A DNA stretch of 64,000 nt from the human T2T-CHM13v2.0 reference genome, Homo sapiens: the NCBI RefSeq assembly GCF_009914755.1, contig NC_060925.1, one strand, 5' to 3'. Positions 48,942 to 64,000 of the stretch are shown here, piece after piece. The translations under genes and the position numbers were made by a program. The notes beneath the pieces are model-generated. The model was not told where the DNA came from, made no database searches, and worked only from the letters and a program-made list of their open reading frames with translations. Within the stretch, counting starts at the first letter, position 1. The number at the start of each line of letters is the position of its first letter.

Positions 48942-50774
48942 AAATTAATTTATGAAAATTTCATTTATCCTCAACTTTTTGGAAATACTCTTACATCAAA
49001 GTACACCTCAAATTGTGTACACTGACTACTGATCACTTTTCGGTAGGTATAAAGTCCTTAAAAATTTTGTTTCAACTTTCCCTTTTAAGATTAGAATTTT
49101 GACCACAGTGTTCCATGGGAACAAAGTGAATCATCTGTGGCAAAATATGCTAGTCAAGAAGTGAGTTAGAATCTGTGCCAAGCGTTAAGACCTTGTGCAC
49201 CCAGGTTCTGGGGCGGAGTAAAGAGGCAGGCTCCAAAGACATAGCTGTGTGTTGGACATGAGAGTATTTGGAGGAATACAGGTAACAGGTGATGCTGGGA
49301 AGTCCTGTGAAATGGAAGGAGAACGAAGATGAGGAATCTGGTGGCAGTAATAACCGGGGAACAGATGAGCTGGAGGCCTCATCAGGAGGGGTGTCCCTTG
49401 GTGGAAGGACACCATTCCCGGCCTTAAAAGGAGAGGCTCCAGCACGGCTGGGGAAGCACGTGGATACCTTGTACTAAATCCACTACTGCAGCTCATTCTT
49501 AACTGTAAGTAGAAGAGGAGGACATGCTTTCTGAAGCTGACCCCTCCAAGATGACCAGTTCCTATTTCTGTCCCCTGCTACCACCATGGTGTAGAACAAC
49601 AGAATCAAAAAAACATTTTTTCTGTTATGGGTGACCTGTACGTTTTCTAGAATGGAAGGAGGCTGTTTAGTAGCTCAACTCTGAGAACACTTTTTCTTTG
49701 GACAAAATTAAAAAAGGAAAAGGTCAAGTTAATCATTAATCTCTCTGTTTTCTACTAATGTCTCCATTTTCGCCATACTTTCTATGTCCTACATAGCAGC
49801 CATCACAGAGGGCAATAAACACTTCTAATGACCGTGTAATTTATATGGAATGCTGAAGGGGTGGGTTGGCCCTCCACACCTGTGGATGTTTCTCATTAGG
49901 TGGAACTAGAGACTTGGAAAAGAAAGAGACACAGAGACAAAGTATAGAGAAAGAAAAAAGGGGGCCCAGGGGACCGGTGTTCAGCATACGGAGGATCCAC
50001 CGGCCTCTGAGTTCCCTTAGTATTTATTGATCATTAATGGGTGTTTCTCGGAGAGGGGGATGTGGCAGGGTCATAGGATAATAGTGGAGAGAAGTTCAGC
50101 AGGTAAACACGTGAACAAAGGTCTCGGCATCATAAACAAGGTAAAGAATTAACTGCTGTGCTTTAGATATGTATACACATAAATATCTCAATGCCTTAAA
50201 GAGCAGTATTGCTGCCTGCATGTCCCACCTCCAGCCCTAAGGCGGTTTTCCCCTAACTCAGTAGATGGAATATACAATCGGGTTTTACACCGAGACATTC
50301 CATTGCCCAGGGATGAGCAGGAGACAGATGCCTTCCTCTTGTCTCAACAGCAACGAGGCGTTCCTTCCTCTTTTACTAATCTTCCTCAGCGCAGACCCTT
50401 TACGGGTGTCAGGCTGGGGGAAGGTCAGGTCTTTCCCTTCCCATGAGGCCATATCTCAGGCTATCACATGGGGAAAAACCTTGGACAATACCTGGATTTC
50501 CTAGACAGAGGTCCCTGCTGCCTTCTGCAGTGTTTTGTGTCCCTGGGTACTTGAGATTAGGGAGTGGTGATGACTCTTAACAAGCATGCTGCCTTCAAGC
50601 ATTTGTTTAACAAAGCACATCTGCACAGCCCTTAATCCATTTAACCCTGAGTTGACACAGCACATGTTTCAGGAAGCACAGGGTTGGGGGTAGGGTTACA
50701 GATCAACAGCATCTCAAGGCAGAAGAATTTTTCTTAGTACAGAACAAAATGGAGTCTCCTATGTCTACTTCTTT

Positions 50775-53690
<2,916 letters not shown>

Positions 53691-54138
53691 ACTGTGGTAA
53701 CTGGCTCATTCCCTGAGGCACTTGGGACAGTGGGGGTTGTTGTCCCTGAAAACCCTGAGGAACAAAGGGCTGAATTGGGAATGCCCCAGTTTGTTGCGGG
53801 GCCTGAGGCTGGCCCCTTTGCTCATTTTCCCGACAATGGTTGCCCATTTCTATCAAATTTAGAATGACATTGACTAGCCCAGTGTTTTCCTTGTTTACAT
53901 CTTGGACATAAGTCAGGTGGCTCTTTTTTATTTGAGACTGGGCAATTCTTTTTTAGATGACCAATTTGATCACAATTATAACATTTCCCTCCAAATGTTC
54001 TAACTTGTCCTCCTAAAGCAACTCCTGTTATTGTGGAATAAAGTTTAGAAAATATCCAAAGCTTATCAGCCTGTAAATTCTGGGTAGTTCAGTTGTCTAC
54101 CATGCTGTTAATTAAATGAAAACATCCTGTTATTTCAG

Positions 54139-54151
54139 GGTCCTTCCTTGA
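54139..54151 (+). CDS. CR1: CR1 terminal exon 39, coding part (R)VLP-stop
   Basis: gttatttcag|G GTC CTT CCT TGA gives the C-terminus ...NSRVLP*. Confidence 0.94.
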
Positions 54152-54854
54152 CAAAGTACTATACAGCTGAAGAACATCTCGAATACAATTTTGGTGGGAA
54201 AGGAGCCAATTGATTTCAACAGAATCAGATCTGAGCTTCATAAAGTCTTTGAAGTGACTTCACAGAGACGCAGACATGTGCACTTGAAGATGCTGCCCCT
54301 TCCCTGGTACCTAGCAAAGCTCCTGCCTCTTTGTGTGCGTCACTGTGAAACCCCCACCCTTCTGCCTCGTGCTAAACGCACACAGTATCTAGTCAGGGGA
54401 AAAGACTGCATTTAGGAGATAGAAAATAGTTTGGATTACTTAAAGGAATAAGGTGTTGCCTGGAATTTCTGGTTTGTAAGGTGGTCACTGTTCTTTTTTA
54501 AAATATTTGTAATATGGAATGGGCTCAGTAAGAAGAGCTTGGAAAATGCAGAAAGTTATGAAAAATAAGTCACTTATAATTATGCTACCTACTGATAACC
54601 ACTCCTAATATTTTGATTCATTTTCTGCCTATCTTCTTTCACATATGTGTTTTTTTACATACGTACTTTTCCCCCTTAGTTTGTTTCCTTTTATTTTATA
54701 GAGCAGAACCCTAGTCTTTTAAACAGTTTAGAGTGAAATATATGCTATATCAGTTTTTACTTTCTCTAGGGAGAAAAATTAATTTACTAGAAAGGCATGA
54801 AATGATCATGGGAAGAGTGGTTAAGACTACTGAAGAGAAATATTTGGAAAATAA

Positions 54855-55176
<322 letters not shown>

Positions 55177-56089
55177 GCTTTCGATATTTTCTAAACTTTA
55201 ATTCAAAAGCACTTTGTGCTGTGTTCTATATAAAAAACATAATAAAAATTGAAATGAAAGAATAATTGTTATTATAAAAGTACTAGCTTACTTTTGTATG
55301 GATTCAGAATATACTAAATTAACTTTTTAAAACACAACTTTTAAAAAATGTATCAAAATAATAAACGTGTTCTGATATTTTTAAAATAAGTGACCTTGTG
55401 TTCTTTAACCAGTCCACATCTTTAGAGAACAAAAATGTGTTATGATATTATGGGCCATGCTAATGACCTCTAGAAAACATCAGAATATTTCTGGATATTT
55501 AATAATAGCTTTATATATGACTAATGCTCATTTCTATGTAATTCTGTTTAATAGTTGCTTTAAAGGTGAATTTTGCCACATTTACTTTGACAGCAGTATA
55601 AGGAGTGAGATAGACATGAACCTGAATTTCAATTTAAAATCATGGAAGAGAGGGAAAAAAAACCAGCTTAAGAAAAATCAACTGATAAACTGCAAGAAAA
55701 AAATGCAACTTACATCACAAAAGCTAATTGCTTTATTATTTAGAGAGTACTTAAAAATTAAAGACCAAACTTCTCTCCACCCAACAAAAATGGGCAAAGG
55801 ACATACAGCTAGGTCACCAAGAAAGAAGGGCAAATAGGTGGTGAGTACATGTAAAGATACTTGATAGGACTTTTGCTTAGTTGAATCTTTAGCAAATCTC
55901 TTTTATTTCTTGGGATTTTGAAGAAGTAATTTTTAAAGGAGGACTAGAAACTAAGTGATTGGGAATTGGCCTTTTTAGAATTAAAATTTCCCATTACAAG
56001 AAAAAAAAATCCTGTGTTCTTTTTTTTTTCCAGAATGGAGTAGGTCAGTGAGCAATGTGATTAATAAATATTTCAATGTCTGTGACTTT

Positions 56090-56170
56090 TGATTTATTTT
56101 GGAGACAGGGTCTTGCTCTGTTACCCAGGCTGGAGTGCAGTGGTGCTATCTAGGCTTACTGCAACCTCAC
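56090..56170 (-). mobile_element. Alu right-arm fragment in the distal 3'UTR
   Basis: gagacagggtcttgctctgttacccaggctggagtgcagtgg. Confidence 0.75.
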
Positions 56171-56480
56171 CTGTCACTTTTTAATTGCAAGAAAGCTGAA
56201 AGGTTTTTTTCTATTATATCAGTTATAATGAGAAATACTGTATATACTAACTATGAGTAAAATACTATATTGCCTAACTTGTATTATTAAGCAATTCTGC
56301 TAACCTGTGACCTTACATTTTCATCTGAAAAGCAGGGGCTGGACACCAATTGCCCTATGAAGCTATTGCTAGTCCTAACATTCTTTGTTTTGTTTGCTTT
56401 TTTGGCACACTTAAGTGTGTACTATGAAGTTTATGATGCTTTAATGAAATTTTCTGTCTCTACCATTGTAATGAGAAAGG

Positions 56481-56486
56481 AATAAA
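56481..56486 (+). terminator. CR1: Likely distal polyadenylation signal of CR1
   Basis: AATAAA preceded by TGTA and followed by T/GT-rich downstream sequence. Confidence 0.6.
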
Positions 56487-56744
56487 ATACTTTATTTTGC
56501 AAATCTACTTATGGAATATAGTTCTGTACCTGATTGTTTTCATAATCCCTGTGTTGATGTGTAATGCCACAGACATGCTCTTGATGGTAACAGGAAAGAA
56601 AATCAGACACAGCTAAACATAAAGGTCAGTTGGCTGGCAGGTGCTTAGCAGGTGTAAATAGAGGCCCATTCATGCTGCTCCACTTGCTCCTGAAAAGCAT
56701 AATGTAAATACAGTATACTAATTAGGAGGCAAAGAACCATCTAA

Positions 56745-57056
<312 letters not shown>

Positions 57057-58653
57057 CTAACATCAAATTTTAAAAGAGTTGGCCACAGTTTAATGACATC
57101 CCTGCACACCAGCCTCCACCCATACTGCCCTTCATAAGCCCCTTAAAGGAGATCCCATAGTTCTAAACCGGGTCCACAAACACACATATCCTCATTCTCT
57201 CCTTTTCTTCTCTTTGGCAGTTTGACAAAATCTTTAGGGGGAATTGGAGGAAACATTAATCTCCTAAATCAACTTCATTCAAAGCTTTGGCTTCAAGTTC
57301 TACCCGTTAAGGCCTCAGGAAGTTCATTGTCGACATTGAACTCAGTCACTAAAATGACCTCAAGGCTAAGGGATAGACCACAGCTCCACTTCACAAGTAA
57401 GCTTGCAACACCTGATTTAGGAAAGTTTGCTGTGCAGACAGTTGTAGCTCATCCATTTTACAGACCGATCTCGATTTGTTTCCTAGGGTCTAAAATTATT
57501 TAAATCAAAATCTCTCAGAAATTTCTGGACATTTAATAAATTCATGCTGGAGGAGAACTGGCAGAGATATGTTAAATGCACTTGACCACAAGAACCATTT
57601 ATTTCATCCAATATTTACCAGCTATTCATTGTACACTTACTACAGATTTTGGCACTGGAGATATTATAAGAAAGCTCTAACCCTGACTTATGGAACTTAT
57701 CCCAAAAAATAGGAAACAAGGCTCAGAACCATTCAAATGAAGCTTCAGTTAACTCAAATAAAAATTAGTTTTATAAATTTAATGTGAAAGTCTTCGAGTA
57801 TATTAAGAATGGCTTGATTAACCCCAGGGATGGAAATTTTACTGATTGAAAGAAAGTTTCAATAAAATACCGATCTTCGAATCTAATCTGACACCTGAAA
57901 CTAGGAAATCAAACACTAGCCATATTTTTTCTTCTATTCTTTATAATAATTTTTCTCATGAGAAAAAGGTATCTTTCTTCCAAGCCTGAAAATAAATGGA
58001 GAATTTTTAATATCTATTGATGTGGAGAAAAATAAATAGACTATCTGCTTTCACAAATAAGTGCTGGCATTGAGCCACAGAACATGTCTGTCATATTGCT
58101 CTTTCACACCATACATTAACAGGAATAATAATTTCTCCTCATTGAGTTTCCTATTTACTATCCCCTTAATTATACCTCCTTTAATTACTGTCATAGAGTG
58201 TCTGAATTTTATAATCCAAGATACTAAGATGTTTATTTGATATACCACCAGACTCAATGTCTTGTATTCTATGCCAAAAATTTGAAAATGTTTGGGAAGA
58301 GGAAATTCCGTGGTTTGGTGAACCCAGAAAGTCTTCAGTACATCTCAGTTATAGAACTGTATTAAATACATTTAAACTCTATAATTCCATAAGACCCATT
58401 TTAGGTTTATACACTAAGCATCCAATTCCTCACTATCCTCTCATACAAACCCTGTGTAATACAAGTTCTACTCCCATAATTCTATGAACAAAACAACAAT
58501 TGATACATAGATTTGATTTTTAAAATACATTTTCTTTACCTTATTCTAAGTGTAACATAGGGTCAACATAGAAAAAGAAAACTGAAAAGCACAAGGAAAG
58601 TGAAATATCTATAATCTTAACCATTGTTAATTTTGTTGTGTTCCAAATTAGTG

Positions 58654-58686
<33 letters not shown>

Positions 58687-59679
58687 CATTTTTGTTTTAA
58701 TAAAAGGACTGCCAAAATGCACATGCCAATTTGGACTCTGCTTTTTCCACTTACAATGATATCATAGTTTCTCACATTTGGTATTCTTTTGCAATACTTG
58801 CTGCATAGAATTCCATCACACAAAGGTAACTGCCAGAAATTCCTTATTACTTTTGCTAGACACTTAGGGTTTACATTTTTTACAAAAATTATAAATCTTT
58901 GATCACAGCTCTGATGATTTCTCTGGGAACTGAGAGCCTAACACAAGTCATTTCCACTTTAAGACTTTTAACATTCTGAAAAGTTATGTTACAAACAGAG
59001 TGCTGGTCCCCCTGCAACATGCTCACTCACATTGGCTGACATTTTAATTCTTTGCCAATCTGAGGGGAAGAGATGTCAACTTTTTTTGTTTGCTCTTTTA
59101 ATGCCAGTCATGTTCCCTTTTTTTTCCCCCTTTTACCAGTCATACTGGCTTACTCAGAACCCTACAAATCAATCCTGCTCATTCTTAATTTTCCAACATT
59201 GTTCCTGAGATTGTTTCACCAGAAAAGTTCTCCCCCTTATCCACTTCGCCTAACAATTTCTACCCATCCCAATCCTCCTGCATTTATTGCTTCCAGGAAT
59301 TTGGCACTTAGGACACCCTTGTCCTTACATTGTTCATGCATGTATATTTCGTCTTCAATAAAACATTTAGTTGCTCAAGGGCAAGGGTCCCATAGAGTCT
59401 CAATATGCTAACGGCCTGGTGTTGCTTAATAATTTAGATTCTGACGGGTCCTCTCCAGGGAGGGGAGCAAAGGGCAAATTATCTTAGGGGCTGGGAGTGC
59501 AGAAGCCAAACCTTTGAGACTGTGAAAAGAAGACGGCGCCGAGACGATTCAGTAGCAGGCATTCAAGCAAGAAAAACTCAAATATTGTTCCCAATAATGC
59601 CTGACTAATGCCAAATACCAAGTAAGGGCCCAGGCAGTCCTGACAGCCTGCAGTGCCCCAGGATAAAACTAACCCTGAG

Positions 59680-60780
59680 GGGTGCTAGCCCACGATAACC
59701 CCCTGCCAGGGCTCTGGACACGCCCTGTCTCCTCGAAGGCCAACGGGCTGCCCCTGCGCGCCGAGGCCCCGCCCCGCGGCCCGCCGATTGGCCCCAGCCG
59801 CCCCGGCGCTAAGACTCAATTTCACACTACGCGCCCAGGCCACGCCCACCTGTCATGCGGCCCTGGAAACTGTGAGTTTGGGGATTGTTGTGTCCACTAA
59901 CCGGACTCAGAAGGGACTTCCCTGCTCGGCTGGCTTTCGGTTTCTCTGCTCACCTCCGGATAAATCACGGGGTCTCCCGCGCCGCTCATGGCGCCTCCCG
60001 TCCGTCTCGAGCGTCCCTTTCCTTCCCGGCGCTTTCCTGGGTTGCTTCTGGCGGCCCTGGTGTTGCTGCTGTCCTCCTTCTCCGGTAGGACCCCGGGGTG
60101 GATTCGCGCGTCCGCGGCGAGGCTAGAACTCTGCTCAGTCAGTCGGGCAGGAGGCGCGGGGCGAAGCTCACTGCACGTCGTGCCTGCTTGGGATAGAGAG
60201 CGAGGCCAGGGTTCTCCGAGGGGTGCCGTGCTCAGATCCCGGGGGTATGTGGCGGGGGATGCGGGAACCACGCAGAAGCTTGTTTGGTGGCATCGTGTGC
60301 GCGGCCGACATTTACGCAGGATCTGGCTGCGTTCCCAAAAGAAGCGTGAATCGTGTTTTCGGGATTGAGCCCAGTCAGCAAGGGGAGGGCTTACTGGGCG
60401 CCCCAGGTAAGGGCTTGCTCTGGAGTGCACAGGTGCGTGGGATTGTTGCTAGAGCCCGTGCTGTGCCCGTGGTGAGAGTTTGCCCTGTGTTCCCTTGGTG
60501 CCTTGGTGAGTAGGGTGTTCATTAGGGCTTGGACAGTACCCGCGGTAAGGGTTGCAGTGCGTCTGCTTTGCCCCATGGGCTGGGCTGGCCTGGGCTGGGC
60601 TGGGCGAGCAGGGGCCTGGCCAGGTGTTGCTGGGAGCGTGCTGTGCGCAAGTGGCCTGTGTGCGGAGTTCACTGTGGGCAAGACAGCTCACTGTTTGCTT
60701 TGAGTGGAGCGAGCGCGGACTCTGCGGCTAGGGAGGGCATGTTGAGTGAGAGCAGGCTCTCAGTGCCTGGGGTTAGAGAG
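59680..60780. promoter_or_regulatory. CR1L: CpG island / TATA-less promoter of CR1L (CD46-type)
   Basis: Abrupt GC/CpG enrichment in an AT-rich window; GC box GCCCCGCCCC near 59766, inverted CCAAT (ATTGG 59787-59791), CACGCCCAC KLF/SP motif at 59841, GGGACTTCCC at 59913, CTTTCGGTTTC at 59934. Confidence 0.85.
59988..60084 (+). CDS. CR1L: CR1L exon 1 (signal peptide), CD46/MCP-derived leader; CD46P1 locus
   Basis: ctcATGGCG...TCCG|gtagga, 97 nt; [32 protein letters not shown] matches the CR1L N-terminus as I recall it and is paralogous to the CD46 leader [32 protein letters not shown]. Confidence 0.9.
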
Positions 60781-61182
60781 GTGGTAAGGGCGCACCATGC
60801 TTTTAGTGCTTTCTGTGAACAGTGTCCGTGTTGCCTGAGATCGTATTGGTCTTGAATTTTAAGTGGCTGCTTTTTTGGGGGGTGGGTGGGCCATCGAGTC
60901 ATCTTCCTGTTCCCAACCAATATAGACAGTATCTGATTCCATTGCCTAGTGGCTTTTTGACATTGTTTTCCTTCTTTTCATTAGTTTGAGTCATATTTGA
61001 GAGATGTGAAGCAACCTAAAAAACACTGGTAGCCAAACCTAGTGAGAAATTAGTATCCTAACAAAGGAAGGCAGATAATGTTAATCTTGTTTTCCCCTAC
61101 AGCTCATAAACTGAAGCTTAAGGCCTATCCCACTGTTCTGTATTTCATTGAATGGAATCAATATTTTTAAAAATGCATGCTA

Positions 61183-61565
<383 letters not shown>

Positions 61566-62712
61566 TTATATTTCCTTCTGACTTTATTGTGTTTCATGTG
61601 TATCTATATCCAAATTATATTTAGGATCTTATTCCATGTACAGATTGTACGTTGCATTTCTTCTCTTAGGAACATTCATTCAACGAATATGGGTCTTGTA
61701 TGTCTGGTGCTGTTACACTGGTAGGTAATAACAGACAATTCCTATTTTCTTTATCCTTTTTTTACTATTTGTTTACACACGTACATGCAGGAAGATAAGC
61801 AGGGACTTTTTTTGCTCATTGTTAAGTGCTTAATGCCGGGAACACAGTAGGCAATCAACAGATGTTTGCTAAAATGTATTGGGAGTGGCAGACATTAACC
61901 AAAACATAATAGTAACAAATATATTAACCAGGGAAGTGTTCTGGAGGAAAGGAGTATAATTTTCTGACAGCATTTAACAAATGACTGGGGGGAGGGAAGG
62001 CTTTGCTTCTCATCAAACAGACAAAACTCTGCCACTTTGGGGCATCTGTGCTTTCTGTTCCCTCAGTCCTGGAACGTTCTCCCCATGACCTGCTGCATAA
62101 ATGGGCTGTTTCTTCTGCAAGCTCAGCTGGAATGTTACCGCTTCAGAGACCTTCTTGGAACCCCCCAACTCAGGTTGAACACATACAACCCAGTTCAAGT
62201 ACCTCTTGTAATCACCCTTTTAAAGTGATCTTTTCTGTTCTCTGTCTCTCCCCATCAGAATGCAGGAATCTTCTGTCTTCCCCCATTTGTGGTTCCAAAA
62301 GCCCCATTTGTTTGCTTCTGTATGAACCCTAACTCAGTATCCATATAGACATCTGTTAAATATCAGAAAATTAAATATACTATTTGGCTGGGGCTTAGAG
62401 CCTAGGAAAAAGTCCCTCCTGCCTCCAAGAGGAAGGTTCTTTAAAGAGCTATGCTCAGGATGGTCTTTCTGTTGTACCTAAAAAGCTAGGGCAGCAGCAG
62501 CTGAGGGCCAGAAAGGATCTGTCTCCCCTGTTTATGTTGACTCTGCAGGGCTTCCAGTACTTCAGTCTTGCATCTCACTGATCATTAAAACGTTCATTTT
62601 GAAGGAGGGTGATGGGATTAGGGAGCAGTGGTGTTAAGAAGAAAACGAAAGGACTTTTTTTTCTTTTTAAAGATTAATGTTTAGAATAGGCTTAGTACTA
62701 GAAGTACATACA

Positions 62713-62924
62713 GCCTGGGCATCATAAGGAGAGCCCACCTCTACAGAATATTAAAAACAAAAAATTAGCCAGGTGTGATGTTGCATGCCTGTGGTCCCAG
62801 CCACTTGGGAGGCTGAAGGGCGTGAAGGGGGAGGATCACTGGAGCCCCCATGGTCAAGGCTGCAGTGAGCCCTAATCATACCACTGCACTCCAGCTTGGG
62901 TGACAGAGTGAGACCCGGTCTCAA

Positions 62925-62956
<32 letters not shown>

Positions 62957-62982
62957 ACACACACACAGAAAAAAAAAAAAAA
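62713..62982 (+). mobile_element. 5'-truncated Alu with (CA)n tail
   Basis: End of left arm, full right arm, then (CA)n and A-tract. Confidence 0.85.
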
Positions 62983-64000
62983 CCTGGAAGTTGAAGAAGA
63001 TAATGAAAGCAATTTGAAATAGAGGAACATAGAATTATAAAATGAATAGGGTGCAACATGGAAGATAACAAAACTAAAAATGAAGAGAAGGAAAAATAAG
63101 GTTAAGTTTGAGGTTGATAGGGTTAAATCAAGACAGGTATGAAACCTAGAGAAAGTAAAAATGAGAACTCACGATGCTAGGCAGAGAGAATACATGAATT
63201 AAAATAAACATTCAATTTTTGGAGCAACTCACTCTCACAAAGATAAGGTTTTGTAAGCAGGTGGTGCTGTGCATGGGAGACCTGCCCTCTCAAAGGTAGT
63301 TGCCAAATGGTTCCAGATAGCAGAAGGAAACGTGTCAAATTTCAGGCCAGTCTCATTCATTCCTCCAGAAGAGGAGCTGCTTTTTTGGACAAAACCCCCG
63401 ATCTCCTGTTGTGTGTGGTCTCTTCTGCCTATTTCAGGTGTTTTCCTTATTTTCAATGAAAGAAGCCAAGACCAATAAGTTCTTATTGCTTCTTAGTTTC
63501 CTCACTCGGCATACTACAATGCAAAAAGAGCAGTCCATATCTGGTCACCTGCCAGGATACCAGAAGACTGGGAGATAGGCAGCACAAGAAATGGCTAAAT
63601 CTTCTTTCTCCATTGTTCTGTAGAATGATTATTTTCAATATGAAATTGATTACAATATATTCTTCACATTGTTTTGTGTTTGACAGCAGTGGACTTTGAG
63701 TACCAAATTTTTTTCGAATAGCTACTATGAGGGACATATTGTGCTGGGTGTTGTGGCCACATGGATGAATGGAGTCGGCCTTGTTAACTATTAAACTCAA
63801 AAACACGTGATAATTACCTGAGAGATCCATGCAGGGGAGAGTCCAGGGGAAGGTGACTGATCACTGCTTCCCAGGGGGAGGCAGAAAATGCTTCTTGGAG
63901 GAGATGATGGGTGGATTAAAGAAGACAAGAGCTGAGCAGGAGTTGTAGCTACCGGCCAGGGAGGAAGGGTATTCAGAGCAGAGGAAGCAAGGTGAGCAAA

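Noticed and set aside
59682-60920. Dense overlapping ORFs on both strands, including the 177-aa minus ORF and the extension of 59988..60368 past 60084
   Set aside because: Expected stop-codon scarcity in a CpG island; only 59988-60084 has homology and a splice donor

Overview
Human genomic DNA from the 1q32 RCA (regulator of complement activation) cluster. On the + strand it carries the last 14 exons of CR1 (CD35, complement receptor 1): LHR-D SCR/CCP domains 22-28, SCR29-30, a 24-nt micro-exon, the transmembrane exon, the cytoplasmic exon, and the terminal exon with its 3'UTR. All splice junctions were read and join in frame (stop TGA at 54149-54151). About 3.5 kb downstream is a CpG-island promoter and a CD46/MCP-type leader exon (ATG 59988), which serves as exon 1 of CR1L (CD46P1 locus). 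The introns are repeat-rich: a ~5.3-kb sense L1PA in the 18.5-kb intron that splits SCR23, about 20 Alus/FLAMs, MER52-like, LTR8-like, MLT1 and MER58 elements. The last intron holds an antisense solo HERV-H LTR7 and a deleted antisense HERV-K(HML-2) provirus. I see no wholly new gene system. The most interesting leads are (i) two open routes to a TM-less, potentially secreted CR1, (ii) a 292-bp-deletion (type 1) HML-2 provirus that lacks the np9 splice donor but keeps open dUTPase and Env-TM frames, (iii) the chimeric CD46-leader/CR1L start, and (iv) candidate poison exons just upstream of SCR exons. Exon and residue numbers follow the 39-exon, 2039-aa CR1*1 allele. Repeat subfamily names and literature facts are recalled, not searched.
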